This document shows positions 12,965 to 26,677 of a stretch of DNA of 64,000 bases, one piece after another. Position numbers and translations under genes: made by a program. The notes below the pieces were generated by a model. The model was not told the origin of the DNA, did not search any database, and saw only the letters and a program-made list of their open reading frames with translations. Every line of letters starts with the position of its first letter. Position 1 is the stretch's first letter. This DNA is from the human T2T-CHM13v2.0 reference genome, Homo sapiens. Location: NCBI RefSeq assembly GCF_009914755.1, contig NC_060948.1. One strand, given 5' to 3'.

Positions 12965-14272
12965 GGAGTTAAGAGGTAAGGTTAAGTGTACTCTTATGGG
13001 CATTAGGGGTTAGAGTCATAGATGATATATTTAAAATTCTTTGAAGGGTGATATGATAATATTAAGAATGGGATAGAAGTTTGGGATTAGGAATAGGGGT
13101 TTACAATTGCAGAAAAAAGTTTAGATTGAGGGTTAGATCTGGGGTTGGGTTAGAGGTCAGTGTTGTGGTAGGATTAGGGTTATGATTAGGATTAGGATTA
13201 GGGACAGGGTTAAAGTTTAGTGTTATGTTTAGGGCTACAGTTAGAATCAAGATTAGATGTTAGTTTTAGGGTCAGGTTATGTTTAGGTTTAGGGTAAGAA
13301 ATAGGCCTACAGTTAGAGGTTGTTGTTAGTGTAGGGTTAGGTTCTGGCTTAACTTCATGGTGAGGGTTAGAGTTAGTGCTTAGGGTGAGAGTTAAGGTGA
13401 CGGTGAGGGTTAGGGTAAGAGGGTTAGTGCATTAGCGTTAGGGTTTGGGTTTAGGGTTTGTGTTAGGATAAGAATAAGGATTCGGTTTAGGGTTTCAGGT
13501 TAGCATTAGGGTTAGTGTTTAGGGTGCAGTGTTATTTTTAGGGTTATTGTTTAGCATTTAGGTTAGGGTTAGGGTCACTTTAGGGTTAGGATGAGGGGTT
13601 AGTGTTTGGCCTAGTGTTAAGCTTTAGGGTTAGCGTTAGGGTGGGTTTAGTTTTAGGGTTAGAGTTCAGGGTTACAGTTGGGATTGGGTTTATTATATGT
13701 GATTATAGTTAGCATTTAAGTTTTAGTGTTAGAGCTATGGTTGCAGTTGCATTTGAGGTTGTGGGTTAGAGTTAGGGTTAGGGTTAGTGTCAGGATTAAG
13801 TTTAGGGATATGGTCAGCGTATTTTTAGAATTAGGGTTGGGGTAGGAATTTGGATTAGGGATGTTGGTTATGTGTTATGCTTATGTTTTTAAGGTTAGAA
13901 TTTTAATTTTCAGGTTAGAGTTAAGGGTGCTTTTAGGGTTAGGTTTGAAGGAGCTTTAGGGGTCAGAGTTAGAGTTAGGGGTTAGGGTTCAGTGTTTAGA
14001 GGTAGTGTTAGAGTTAGGGTTTGGTTTAGTATTTCTGTTAGTGTTTTTCTGAGTGTTATGTTTAAGGGTAGATTTAGGGTTTGGGGTAGATTTAGGGTTA
14101 GGGGTAGGTGTAGGTGTATGTTTAGGGTTATGGGTTGCGGTAGGGTTATATTTATGGATAGGGATATGTTTTGTTAATGGTTCAGGTTGGGTTTATGTGG
14201 AGATTAGGGTTAGGGCTTGAGGGTTATTGTTAGTGTTTTAGTGTTAGTAATAGGGGTTATATTTAGGGTTAG
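12965..14272 (+). repeat. Degenerate interstitial telomeric repeat (TTAGGG)n
   Basis: Persistent 6-mer periodicity with many TTAGGG and variants (TTAGTG, TTAGAG, TTAGGA, TTTAGG); GT-rich on the + strand throughout. Confidence 0.92.
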
Positions 14273-14357
14273 ACATCTTTTTCACCCATCTTCACCCGAC
14301 TAATCAGCACTCTCTTTCTGACTTCTGAGGTTCATATGCATTCCATACGTATTTAGA

Positions 14358-14692
14358 TTATTTATTTGTTTATTTGTTTGTTTGTTTATATATGTTTGTT
14401 TATTTATTTATTGGAGACGGAGTTTCACTCTTGTTGACGTGACTGGAGTAGTATGGTTTGACCTCAACTCACACAACCTCCGCCTCCCAGGTTGAAGTGA
14501 TTATCCTACCTCAGCTCCTGAGTAGCTGAGATTAAAGGCATCCACCATCACACCTAACTAATTTTGTATTTTTATTAGAGACACGGTTTCTCCATGTTTG
14601 TCAGGCTGGTCTCAAACTTTCAACTGCAAGTGATCCATCTGCCTTGGCCTCCTGAATTGCTGGTATTATCGACAAAAGCCACCATGCCCTGC
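14358..14692 (-). mobile_element. Alu (S-like) with TTTA/TTTG tail
   Basis: GAGACGGAGTTTCACTCTTGTT...CAACCTCCGCCTCCCAGGTT. Confidence 0.85.
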
Positions 14693-15174
14693 ATCAGACT
14701 TTGAAATAACCTGACTTAAAGTGGATCTACCAACAATGTGCCACCTCTTCACTGTGAGTTGTACACTTCTTGGGATTGCACGGCTGCAAATGGATATGTC
14801 TTCTCCAAACTTAAAGCTGCAGATACATCTCAACAACCTTCCTGCAGATAGACGCTACCCACTCTGAAACTTCTCTCCACTGAAGCCTTCAGTGATGTTT
14901 TAACAACCTGCTTCTTCATCTTGTCTCTCTTGGCCCTGTCTTCACTGAGTGTTGCAGAGATGCAGGTATTTCCTGTTTTTGAAATGGACTTACCCACTTT
15001 CTGTCTCCTGAAAGCTGCGCCATCACTCAATAAAGCATCTATTTACCCTAATTATTCTCCTGTTTTCCACATACATAATTCTCCCTGGATATGCATCAAG
15101 AATTCAAGACCCACTTAATGGAGAACCTGAAGATTAGTAACAGAAACAAGGCTGAAACACAGAAACCCACACTT

Positions 15175-16200
15175 AACATCAACACAGATTCTATTCCTTG
15201 TGCTGAGATTCAGATTTTTTTCGGCACACCACACTCTCTCATTGACCTGTTTTAACTTCATCTTTAACTTTACAGTAAATAAGGGCATTACTTTTCTCTA
15301 GCACAACTGAATTATATGAGGCAAAGTCCTTAATTTGAGTCATAACCACTTGGGGGAAAAGTTGCAGTCCAAGACACCTGAGAGACCAGGTCTCTGGCAC
15401 ATGCCTCCCATGCTTTCAGCTTTCTCCCACCAATCAACATTACATTGGCCTATGCTTCACCCATCATCTTGGGAAATTTAATGGTAAAACAGCAACCTGG
15501 ACTCTGTCCAAAGGTCATAGAAGCAGTTTAAAACCAAGCCTTTTTGTTAGCCTAAACCAAATCACAAAGAGGAAGTATGGATGCATCTAGTCAAATGGCT
15601 GGGCTATTGGCTGATACAACAATAGGCTTCTTAAACTGAATGAAACTATTCACAATGTTCTTTACAGTATCCACTCTTACAATGCTTTCTCTGTTTCTGT
15701 CATTTCTTAAATGCAAACAAAATCAAGACCTCAGCAAGGGACGCAGCCATCTGCACTAGGCAGCATAAGCTTCCTGTCATCTGCAGCAGCCCTATACAGA
15801 GCATTCTTGATTTTTTTTCATTACTTCAATATTTAGTGAGTTGTTCTCTGTCAATCTCATTGATAGCACTTTCTGGGTAAAGCCATCATTTTCCCTCACC
15901 AAAATGTTTCTGAGTCTACTGGCACTTTCTATTAGCCTTATGGTTAAATACATCCTTTTGATAAAAGGCTGGTCTTTTTCATCATCAATAATCTCTCTTT
16001 TCCCCCCTCTCATGCTTGGAACAAATGTATGGATTTTTTTTCTTCCATTGGCTGTTTATGGAATTGCTAATACCAGTGTACCTTCCTTGTTAGCTGAGCC
16101 CGTAACCATGGAAGCAGTAACCGAGCCAGACCCCTGAGACATTAGTGGGTGTATCTTGCACCTGTTCTCTCCTCCAGTCTGTTCTGCATCAGGATATTTA
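15175..16200 (-). pseudogene. CDY pseudogene; hinge plus crotonase-like domain only, chromodomain absent
   Basis: Reverse strand reads IHPLMSQGSGSVTASMVTGSA..., DQPFIKRMYLTIRLIESAS...DGFTQKVLSMRLTENNSLNIEV, ...AQGIESV, colinear with CDY1/CDY2; intronless, frameshifted. Confidence 0.9.
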
Positions 16201-16249
16201 TCTTTACCTTAATCTTTGTTTATTTGTACTGCTGTTCGGTGTCCTTTCA

Positions 16250-17460
16250 TTTTACCCTGGAATAATACATAAGGCATTTATTAAATGGTTGTCTACTGGC
16301 AAAAGAATGTGGCTTTTATTTGGGAATTTCATAATTTCTCCCTCATTTTTGATGGACACTTTGTTTAAACATAACATTTGTTTGAATTTTTTTTTCTTAG
16401 TGCATTTGGAATATATGAGTCTACCCTGAGTTTTCAGATAAGAAATTCCCTGATTATTTATGAGGGGTTCTTTCATACATTACTGGTCAAAATTTCTTTG
16501 GCTGCTTTCAAGATTCTCTTTGTCTTTATTTTAGACAGTTTAACTATCATGTATGTTTGAATGTGCCTCTTTGAGTTTATTTTACTTGGAGTTTGTTCAG
16601 TTTCTTCGGTATTTATTATCTTAAATTTGTGACAGGTTTGACCACATTTTTTTAGTTTCCCTATTTCTTTGTTTCTTTTCCTTGAACTTCCAAAATGGAT
16701 AAGTGGGTCTGCTTGATGGTGTCACACTGGTTTCTAGACTGTTTTCACATTTATTTATTTATTTTTTCTCTTCCTGACTTAATAATTTCAATTGCCCCTT
16801 TTATTCAATTTGGTGACATTTTCTTCTGTATGCTCAAGTCTCCTTTTAAATGTGTGTAGTACTTATTTAGTTAGTTATTTATACAATTTTTTTTGAGATG
16901 GAGTCTTGCTTTGTCACCAGGCTGGAGTACAGTGCACAATCTTGGCTCACTGCAACCTCTGCCTCTCGGGTTCAACTGATTCTCCTGCCTCAGTCTCTTG
17001 AGTAGCTGGAACTATAGATATGTGTCACCACACCCAGCTAATTTGTGTGTTTTTAGTAAAGATGGGGTTTCATCATGTTGGCTTGGATAGTCACAACTTC
17101 TTGACCTTATGATCTGTACCTTGGCATCCCAAAGTGCTGGAATTGCAGGCCTCTAGTCAATTTTAATGTCAATTGTTTTACTTTTCATCTCCAGAATATT
17201 TTTTTTTCTGAGAGCCACTGGAACTGGCCCAGAATTTTTTTTTTTAATGTTTGAAAATAAGTTGTCATGCTTTTCCAAGAAACTGTATTATTTTAGTTTC
17301 AATCCCTGTTTCTTTGAACCTAAAGTAAGACTTGCATAGAAATCACGAGTGAATTGTTCTTTTAAAGGTGCATTTGTGCCAGTCTGTGTGTTTTTATGTA
17401 AGAGCTCACATTTAAAGTTATTACAAGTAAAAAATTACTCTGACATTTTACTTTTTTTCT
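16250..17460 (-). mobile_element. Old L1M fragment interrupted by an Alu (~16886-17150)
   Basis: GGCTGCTTTCAAGATTCTCTTTGTCTTT L1 motif; antisense Alu body. Confidence 0.6.
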
Positions 17461-18654
17461 ATATGTTCTTTATTTTATTGGATCCTCAATTTCTCCTTTG
17501 TCCATTAAAAATGTTAACTTTTTAAAACTTTTTTCTGTATTTTTATGTTATAATTCATTATATTTGGGACTTTAATTGTATTCTAAACTTAATAGAGCCT
17601 TCTTTGAATAATATTAACTTATTTGAATAATCTAAATTTTAATTTCAACAATATAAATATATGCTGCTCTTATACTTTTCTTTCTCAATTTATATTATTG
17701 TCTCAGATTTTATCTGCACACACTGAGTGTCCATTAAAGTAAATTTGTAATTTTTTATGTAATAGCTGCCTACCAGAGCTGTAATAGTAATAGCTAACTT
17801 TGCCAGAATTGTAATAGTAATAGCATTTCTTTTTTTTTTAGAGAAAGGTTAACCACACATTGAATACATTCCATTAGCATTATGAATAAGAGTGATATAT
17901 AAACTATTATTTTTTAAATACTGGATCTGTATTAACAAATCTGTTATATTGTCTATTGTAGGAAATAACTGTATTCTTTGCTTTCAACAACTTAAAATTT
18001 TGTTTGTGACCAATTCCTGGCATTTTCAACCAAGAGTGACTTCTGAGTTTGGCAAAACAGTAATAAATATGTTTCATCAATTGTTTATTTATCTTCTAGA
18101 AAGACTAGAACAAACACAATAAATTAACACACAAGTGCTTCTTCACTCCTCCCAGAATTAGGAACCAGGGTTTAAAATGGAAAATGTGGATTTCAATTTT
18201 GAAGGCTTCATCTGTGCCTGGGAGGCAGTATGGCAATCCAAAAAAAATTTACTACTTTAAAATTGTCTCTTTGGATGGATTCCTTGGTTGATACAAACAA
18301 TTGATTTACAGGGTTCAGACAGTGTTTGATTGGTGTGATGTTTCTTTGAATGGTTCAAAGCTGCCAGGCCTGCAGTTTTGCCTGCGTTTTTATTTGGGAA
18401 GCACTGATTGTTTTGTAATCTCAGAGTTTATTTTTATTTAGGAGATCTATGTTTTTGTCCCATGAAAATGTTGTTTAAAACACTTAAATTGAAAGTTACA
18501 CTTTTAATTTATGTTTCCAGTTGTTAGGTTTTTGTTTTAGTGGTTACGGTATGAAGTTTGTTGTTTGCTTTCTATTGATTGATATTATCAATTTAGTATA
18601 AAGGGCAAGGGGCAATATTCTCTTATGTAGTACATCTTGGTTTTATGTAAAACA

Positions 18655-18740
18655 TGTATATATGTAACAAACCTGCACGTTGTGCACATGTACCCGAAAA
18701 CTTAAAGTATAATAAAAAATAAAAACAAACAAAAAGTATA
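18655..18740 (+). mobile_element. Very short L1PA 3' end
   Basis: GTAACAAACCTGCACGTTGTGCACATGTACCC...ACTTAAAGTATAATAAAAA. Confidence 0.85.
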
Positions 18741-19351
18741 AAATAATTTGTTTCCAAAGTGACTTTCAAGTACATATCTAAATAAAACAATAAGGGAATA
18801 ATTATGTAAGCATGCAGCAAGATCTACAAGTGTGATGATCTCTGGCAGAAGCCTGTATAAACAGTTTGAAAAACGACCAGGTCACTGTGGATGGAGCAGA
18901 CTGTGGAAGGAAAACGATTGCAGACAATGAGCTCATGGGGGTAACACAAAGTCCATGTGATTGTCTAGGGTTTCTACAGGTCAGTAGATTTTACTTGAGT
19001 TTTACTCTAAGCCAAGTTCATGACTGGAAGTGGAATTGGTAAGGTTGTTACTAGCATCTAGTGCCAAGAGGCTAGAAATGCTGTTGAATATCTTAAAATC
19101 TACTGTCAGGCACCTTTGAGCAATTAACAGTATTGAACCATCTCTCCAGAAAATTGTAAACAAAAAAATAGGAGCACACTTTTAGAACAATTTGATTTTG
19201 TATATTCACAGTCACTTAACTCAAAATCCCTGGTTTCTGTAAATCGGAAGGATTTTAAGAAGCTCTTTTAAAGTTCAGTTGATTCAAGTTAGGGTAAGCG
19301 TTAGTAAAGTAAAGTCAGTTCAGTTAATCAATAATTAGAAATTAAACTATA

Positions 19352-19676
19352 GGCCGGGTGCGGTGGCTCACGCCTGTAATCCCAGCACTTTGGGAGGCCA
19401 AGGCTGTCCAATCACCAGGTCAGGAGATGGGGACCATCCAGGCTAACTTGGTGAAACCCCGTCTCTACTAAAAATACAAAAAAAAAAAAAGAAAGAAAAA
19501 AAATTAGCGGGACATGGTGGCGGGAGCCAGTAGTCCCAGCTCCTCCGGAAGCTGAGGCAGAATGGCGTGAACACCCGGGAGGCAGAGTTTGCAGCAAGCT
19601 GAGATCGCGCCACTGCACTCCAGCCTGGGCAACAGAGCGAGACTCCGTTTCCAAAAAAACAAATAAAAACAAAAAG
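19352..19676 (+). mobile_element. Full-length AluY-like element with expanded middle A-linker
   Basis: GGCCGGGTGCGGTGGCTCACGCC...GAATGGCGTGAAC...A-tail. Confidence 0.92.
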
Positions 19677-20074
19677 GTAAACTAAATATTTCCTTTTTCT
19701 CCCCTTTTCTTTTCCATTATTTTTAAATATTTATGTAAAACGCTAATATAGCAAAATAAAACCCTAGGCACACTCTATTTTTGAGATACCATGGAGAAAA
19801 CTGAATCAAAGCCTTTTGGGATAGAGCTAATCCGGAATACGACTGGAAGGCATACAGAATACAGATGCACACATGTGCATTGGTACACTACATTATGCAT
19901 ACCCATCGAGCGTAATGATTGCCATAAGACAAATATTAAATGTCTCTTATGACAGAAAAGTTGTGAAGATTTTACAATAACCAAGCCAAATGAAAACCAA
20001 GATTTCAAGGATTATAGCCAGGGCTAGATAATTCTAGGTGTTGAGTAGAATGAATACTCAAGCATCTTCTAGGG

Positions 20075-20740
20075 GAGGCCATCACTGTTGCCATAACCAG
20101 CGCAGGGATTATCTCTACAGACACAGGTGGAAGGGCTCATGGCAGCATGAACTTCGTTTTTCCTGGATGCAGGAAAATAATATGAGATCACCTGAATGGC
20201 AGGGCTGAATGACCTGGAACACAAACGGGTAGAAAACATTCCCCTTGCTTATCACATTGTGGTAGACAAAAATAAAACGAGAGCTGTGGCCCTTCAGGGC
20301 GCACAGACCAGGGAGCTCTCAAAGCCAGGGAGGGCTGTCACACCTTCCTTGGGGCTTTGCCTTTTCTGGCATCTCCAAGCTTCTGGGCATCACTACATTC
20401 CCCAGTATCAGCTGTGGAGGCTGCTTGCAGTAGGCCTGGCCCAGTTGCAGCTTTTCAGTGATCTAGCAGTTCTGTTGGCACCTAAAACTTCCTGACCTGA
20501 CACAGCTGGCATGACTGACCATGTCTAGAGGCTGGAAGCCACACTTGCTCATACACCTCTCACCACTCATCCATGTTTGCCCTTGGCAGGTGATAACTCC
20601 AGTAACTCCAGCTGGGTGTAGCCTGCCAGGTAGTGTGGGTAGAACAAATTTAGCAGGCTTGATTAAAGCTCAGGGAAAGGCCCCACTGGCCACAGAGGAT
20701 TTCATCTGACAAAGTGACTCCCCTAAAATCCCATTGCAAA
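20075..20740 (+). mobile_element. MER52-like ERV1 LTR (partial)
   Basis: GAGCTGTGGCCCTTC...GGCATCTCCAAGCTTCTGGGC...CTGGCCACAGAGG motifs. Confidence 0.65.
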
Positions 20741-21361
20741 AGCAGCATAGCTGGTTGTGTTTAAATGACTTACTTCTTTTAGTTCTTGAAATACTGAAAA
20801 TTCAGTGTCCTACATTTTGGATTTTTTTAACCTTATTTGGAAATGATTATATTTCAAAATTTTTACAAAATCAAATTTGAAAGATTATTATTTGCATTGA
20901 ACCACCTGATCCATCTTATGTACACTGCATTTTTTTTTTAAAGATGGACTTTCACTTTTGTAGTCCATGCTGGAGTGCAATGGCATGGTCTCAGCTCAGT
21001 GCACCTCTGCCTCCCAAGCAGCTGGGATTACAGGCACCCACCATGGTGCCTAGCATGGCATTGGGCTTCAGATTAGCATTCTTTTAGTAGATTATGAAGC
21101 TTGCTTATGAAACAATATTTCTAATTCCTGGACTTTGACATTTTGTACTTATGTAGTTTCTGTTTGGGAGGCACTTTTGCTGGGCATTGTAAGATGATGA
21201 GTGCATTTCTGGCATTTTCTGTTAAATGCAATAGTAACATCATTTTTCTGTGGTTGAAATACCCTAATACGTTTGTGTCTCATGGAATCTAAATTGTTGA
21301 CATTTACTATTCTAGAGAGTTCTGAAGAATAAATTAAAAACCACTTTTTAAAATGTTGCAG

Positions 21362-21788
<427 letters not shown>

Positions 21789-22044
21789 CTAACATTCTGT
21801 CATTTGTGAAATAAACCAGGATGTCCTGCATGTACTGTGGAACTTAATATAAAACAAAATTAAATTAATTAAATAAAAATAAAACATTTTTTTCTGGATG
21901 TGGGGTTGTAGTAACTTTGAAATGTGTGCACACTTTATTTAAAACATTTTGTAATTAAAAATCAGAGTTGTCACAAACTGCATTGAAAAGTTAAATAAGT
22001 AGTACATCTCAATTTTTAATTGATTGAATTTGTTTTCTTTTAAT

Positions 22045-22305
22045 TTTAGAATGATATCTCACATTGCCTCTTTGGCTGGAGTGCACTGGTGCAATCTTAG
22101 CACACTGCAGCACCCTGCTTCCCAGCTTCAAGTATTTATTCTTCCTCGGCTTCTTGAATAGCTGAGATTACAGGTGTGCACCACCACACCTCATGTGTTT
22201 TTACCATATTGGTCATGCTTGTCTCAATATTCAGACCTCAAGTACTCTGCCTGCCTTGGCTTCCAAAAGTACTGGAATTACACGTGTGAATCGCCATGCC
22301 TGGCC
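22045..22305 (-). mobile_element. Diverged Alu
   Basis: GGCTGGAGTGCA...GATTACAGGTGTGCACCACC...GCCATGCCTGGCC. Confidence 0.8.
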
Positions 22306-22751
22306 CCTGATTGAATTTCTAATTGAATAAAAAAGTCCATCTTGCAAAACCTTATTTTCTACATCATATTTTTGATGAGTTTCTTTATATGTCTCATAAT
22401 TCAAGAAAAATAATATAATTTTAATGTATTATACTTGGAAATTAATTTATTTTTATTAATATGTAACTAAAATAGTAGGTATATTTAGAATGTTATTTTG
22501 CTTTGGTGTAAAGTTCTGAAGTTTTAGAAATTTCTGTAAAAATCTAATTTGGATAATTAGTTACATTAGTTGATTGCACTCAGTTTTTTTTCCTCAGGAT
22601 TTTCTTTTGTAAGAAAATTCAAAATTGTTTCAAGATACATTGAGATGTTTAATTATGTGAAATAGACTTAAAGGTATTTTCTTTGAAAATAAAGTTTTTA
22701 TAACCTGTCTTTTCTACTAATAATATGTGATTACTTCTTCTAACTTACTAG

Positions 22752-22972
22752 AAATTAATTCGTTTTCATCTTGCCTTCATCTAAAGTTCACCTGCAATAC
22801 ATAAGAAGTGAATAACTGCTAGCAGAGAAGGCTGTTCTTGTCTGTAACTGACCCACTACCATCAACCCTGGTTTTGAGCTGCTTGCAGCACCAGCTATTG
22901 GCTGTGTAAAAAATCTCACAATGATGCTAGACTGTTTGACTGAAACATATTACAAAGACAAAGCAATAACTA
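22752..22972 (+). pseudogene. USP9Y pseudogene exon (pre-catalytic region)
   Basis: AG before, GTGAAT after; reads [49 protein letters not shown]...LTETYY, matching USP9 FIFPASNVYLQY...[20 protein letters not shown]. Confidence 0.85.
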
Positions 22973-23690
22973 GTGAATATTTTAAATTATAAAGAAGTTT
23001 TTGTTCATTAATCACACTTTAGTTTAAAATTCTATTATTTCATTTGCAAAAATTAACTTATGGGTTTTTTCTTTTTGATTAACTAGTTTACCATTTTGTA
23101 GCCATCAGGTATATAATTAAAACCATGTAAGTAAGAGAACATTATTTTTCAAAATAAGCATGTATTTCTTAACTTCTCTCCTATAGCTGGTTTTGGTAAT
23201 TTACCACAGTGGGTTTTATTTAGTTGTATGTGAAAAAAAAATACTAACCCTTTAGAATACAAGAAGCCAAATTTAATGCTACAAAAACTTTATATTTAAA
23301 CTGTATGCATTAAAAAGATTTTCATAACCCAAACTTTGAAGTTGTTTCATGGTATTTTAGTTATATTATAAGAGAGGTATTGTTTTAAAAATCATAATGT
23401 GAGAAGAGAACATTTGAGTGCATTTTATTACTTTTAAATGTCCATATTAGTTAAGCAAAATAGGTAGCAATGTTGAAATCTTACACAAAACTGAAACTCA
23501 GAGTGGGAGCCAATGTAAGTAAATTAACAAGTAATAACATGAAATTTAGTTGATTTCAAGAGAAATCTGAGGGTTAAGTACATAATTAACAACAGCATTC
23601 TGTACAGATATTTAATTGGAAAATGTGAAATTATATTTATGTTTTTCTCTGTGTGAGTATATTTTTTAGTACATTGTAGGAGTTTCTAGC

Positions 23691-24199
23691 TAAACTCATT
23701 ACTTAAAAGGTCAGATCATTCTGTGTCCTGTGGGATCTATGTAGAGAGAAGAGTTTCCTTTTTGAAAACACTTTTTTTTTTGTTAATTTGTTTAACTATT
23801 GTATTGGAATAGTAAATTTGTATTTTCAAAAGAGATTTTTTAAAATAAACAGTATTGTTGTTAAACTAGCCAATGTTTTCTTGTGATTAATATATATTTT
23901 CAAATATACAAGAGGACATGCACTAAAAACTATTATCTTGCCACCAATATTATATTTCTGGTACAGAGATTTTCTTTGAGATATATGCACATCTTCATAC
24001 AATTAGCTATTTTTTTTTCTTACAGAAATGATCATATTTCTGATCAAAGTAAAAAAATCTTTTGAAAATATATATTTACTATTCTAATACAATAGTTAAA
24101 CAAATTAACAAAAAAAAAGTGTTTTCAAAAAGGAAACTCTTCTCTCTACATAGATCCCACAGGACACAGAATGATCTGACTTTTTAAGTAATGAGTTTA
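23691..24199. repeat. Inverted repeat: arms 23691-23832 and 24059-24199, 226-bp spacer
   Basis: Manual reverse complement of the right arm matches the left arm with 4 substitutions and a 1-nt T-run indel. Confidence 0.95.
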
Positions 24200-24744
24200 T
24201 ATACAATATGGTTAACCTTGTTTTGTACTTAGTCACACGCCTGTCAATACAACAAGATCTATTTAATTCTGTTTTGTAGCTACATAACTTGCAGTTCAAT
24301 GTGCTCTAATTTATGTAATCCATCTCTAAGTTGGATTTATGTGTAAGTCATATTCAGTTTTACAAAAAGTAGCATTTACAATTTTCACAGGTATTTTAAA
24401 GACAACTTCTAATTGACTTCATCTCACAATAAAACTATGAACATAGATAAAACAATTATCACTATTAGCTGAGGAAGAAAGTGATATTTATGTGAAGATT
24501 ATAGTTTTTATGAATCAGAACAATAATGTAAATGTAGTGCTCAATTAAAACTGAGAAAACTCTAAAGTTCTATTTATGTAAAGTTCTGATTAAAATGTAT
24601 TGAATACACTTAAGTGCAAAAGTTTTTTAATATGTAAATTTGTAATGATTAATGCTAAGTCTGTGTAACACATTAGAATTTAATATTATACCATCATGCA
24701 TGACCTTTTCTAAGAAAATTGTTACAGAAGCAATGTCATTAAAA

Positions 24745-24891
24745 ATGTGGACTTAAGAAGTCTGTGGTTAATAATTCTGTGATCCAGCAACTATACATAA
24801 TCCCAGTCATCAGAAACAGTATTTCTACAATTGAAAACACAGTTAGTGATGAACTCGATGATCGTTCAAAGATGAGAAACAAAATTGTGAG
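24745..24891 (+). pseudogene. USP9Y pseudogene exon (Cys-box region, damaged)
   Basis: [29 protein letters not shown]...DEKQNCE then GTAAGT donor; USP9 has [22 protein letters not shown]...DEKQDNE. Confidence 0.85.
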
Positions 24892-26677
24892 GTAAGTTTT
24901 AATTATCATTTTTTGAATATTCTCATAGTAGATACTGTTGTTCTTCCTCAAATTAGTATAGTTTCATGAGGTTTTATCAGGACTGCATTTTGATGATATG
25001 GCTATAATATCTGAGATACTATGACTGGCATATTTATTGTGATCACTATCTAGTAAGTTGAAATTTTAGTTAATAATATTTATCAATGTTTTTTGTTGTT
25101 TTCAAAGCATGGTTGATATAATCACATTTGCACAACATGGTAAATGCAATTCATTCTTTGGATAATGAGAAATTTTTGTTTTTAATAATTATATTCTCAT
25201 CTTGTTTTATAAAGTAGGCTTTTTTACTGTTCTATCTGTGTTATATAAGTTGTGCTTATTTTTAGGATTCTCTAAATATTTTTCTCAAATTAGGGTTTTT
25301 TCTGCTAAGGAAAAAAATTGATTTTCAGATAATGCTACATGGACCTGTTAGCAACATGACGTAACTATTACAATCAGGCTGCTAAGGGTATAAAACATCT
25401 GGTTGAAAATAAAAAGTATCTGGTTGAAAATAAAGCAGCAAAAATATTAGGTTTTAGTGGCAGATTACATATTTAAGATATAGCTATTAAATAAGTGAAT
25501 ACCAAAAACTTGAATTTTGGAAATGTTTGTACTCAAGTAGTTCCTTTACTTTTTGCATAGGTATTGATAGAAACTAAATAAAGAAATTAGAATATTTTAA
25601 TTGTAATAAATCTTAAATTTCTACATTTCTCTTCCTCAGTAATCAGAAATAGTTTGGTTTTCAAATAGCATCTCAGCATTTATCATTTATGGAGATTAAA
25701 AACACACTTGCCTCTCCCTTTCTAGATCTGATAGATCACACCACGCAGGCATTAAAACCTTGGTAGCATTTCTTTTAGTAGAATGTCCATATGGGACGTT
25801 CGCTAACACTTGGTTAATAGTCACTAATAAACAACAACAACAACAAAAAGTAAAATTTAGTTCCTTGTACTGTAATCAGTTTTACCCCTAGGGTTTTGAA
25901 TTTAAAACAGATAGAGATGGTTAATTACACTGGCAAGAAGTGAATGAGGCAGACAGAATATAAAATTCAAATTAAATCCCCACCTTTGTGCTTCATTGCT
26001 TGTGCTTTATGATGTCTTAGCGCTTTACTGTGGCTGCATGTCTGCCTAGCTGCTTTTTCTATACAATGAACTTCATCAGGGCACAAACTGGATATTGTTC
26101 ATTATTGTATCAAAAACCTCAGATGTAGAGAAAAACATACAGAAACATGAGAGATATGTGTAAAACAACTGTATTTTGCTCTGTAGCTATAAGGAAATTA
26201 TGACCTTTGGCGTTCCTGTGTGTGCTCTCATTCCTTCCACAACTACTCTTAATAGCTGTACTTATTGTGCAGTAATAATTCCAAATACATCACATAAATT
26301 ATATCATGAAATCTGTAAAAATGCATTAAAATCACAAGAAGACACTGAATTCTAGGAGAACAAAGTATCTTATTCCTCATATGGCAGAGCACTGATTTGT
26401 TTTTAATCTGTCTACTCAACAACACTGTAGTATATTTTATTACCTGCAATATATGCTATTGTTTTATTATTGCTAAGGATAATTTTTCTGTGATCTCTTT
26501 CTGATGGTCCCCCTGTGAAATAATCACTAATCCTAAACATTAAAAACAATAAGTTCTTTGAAAATAATATTAAAACATGCATATCATCTTATTAACTAAG
26601 TTTTGGTATTTATTTCAACTTCTTTTATTATATTTTAACGTTAGATTAGTGCATCACCAATGTATTTTGGTTTCTAT

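Noticed and set aside
13992-14177. R/V/G-rich ORF
   Set aside because: Translation of degenerate TTAGGG repeats.
17773-17824. Short tandem duplication (CCAGA..TGTAATAGTAATAGC twice); similar ones near 25397-25433 and 51893-51967
   Set aside because: Ordinary slippage-type duplications with no functional signal.
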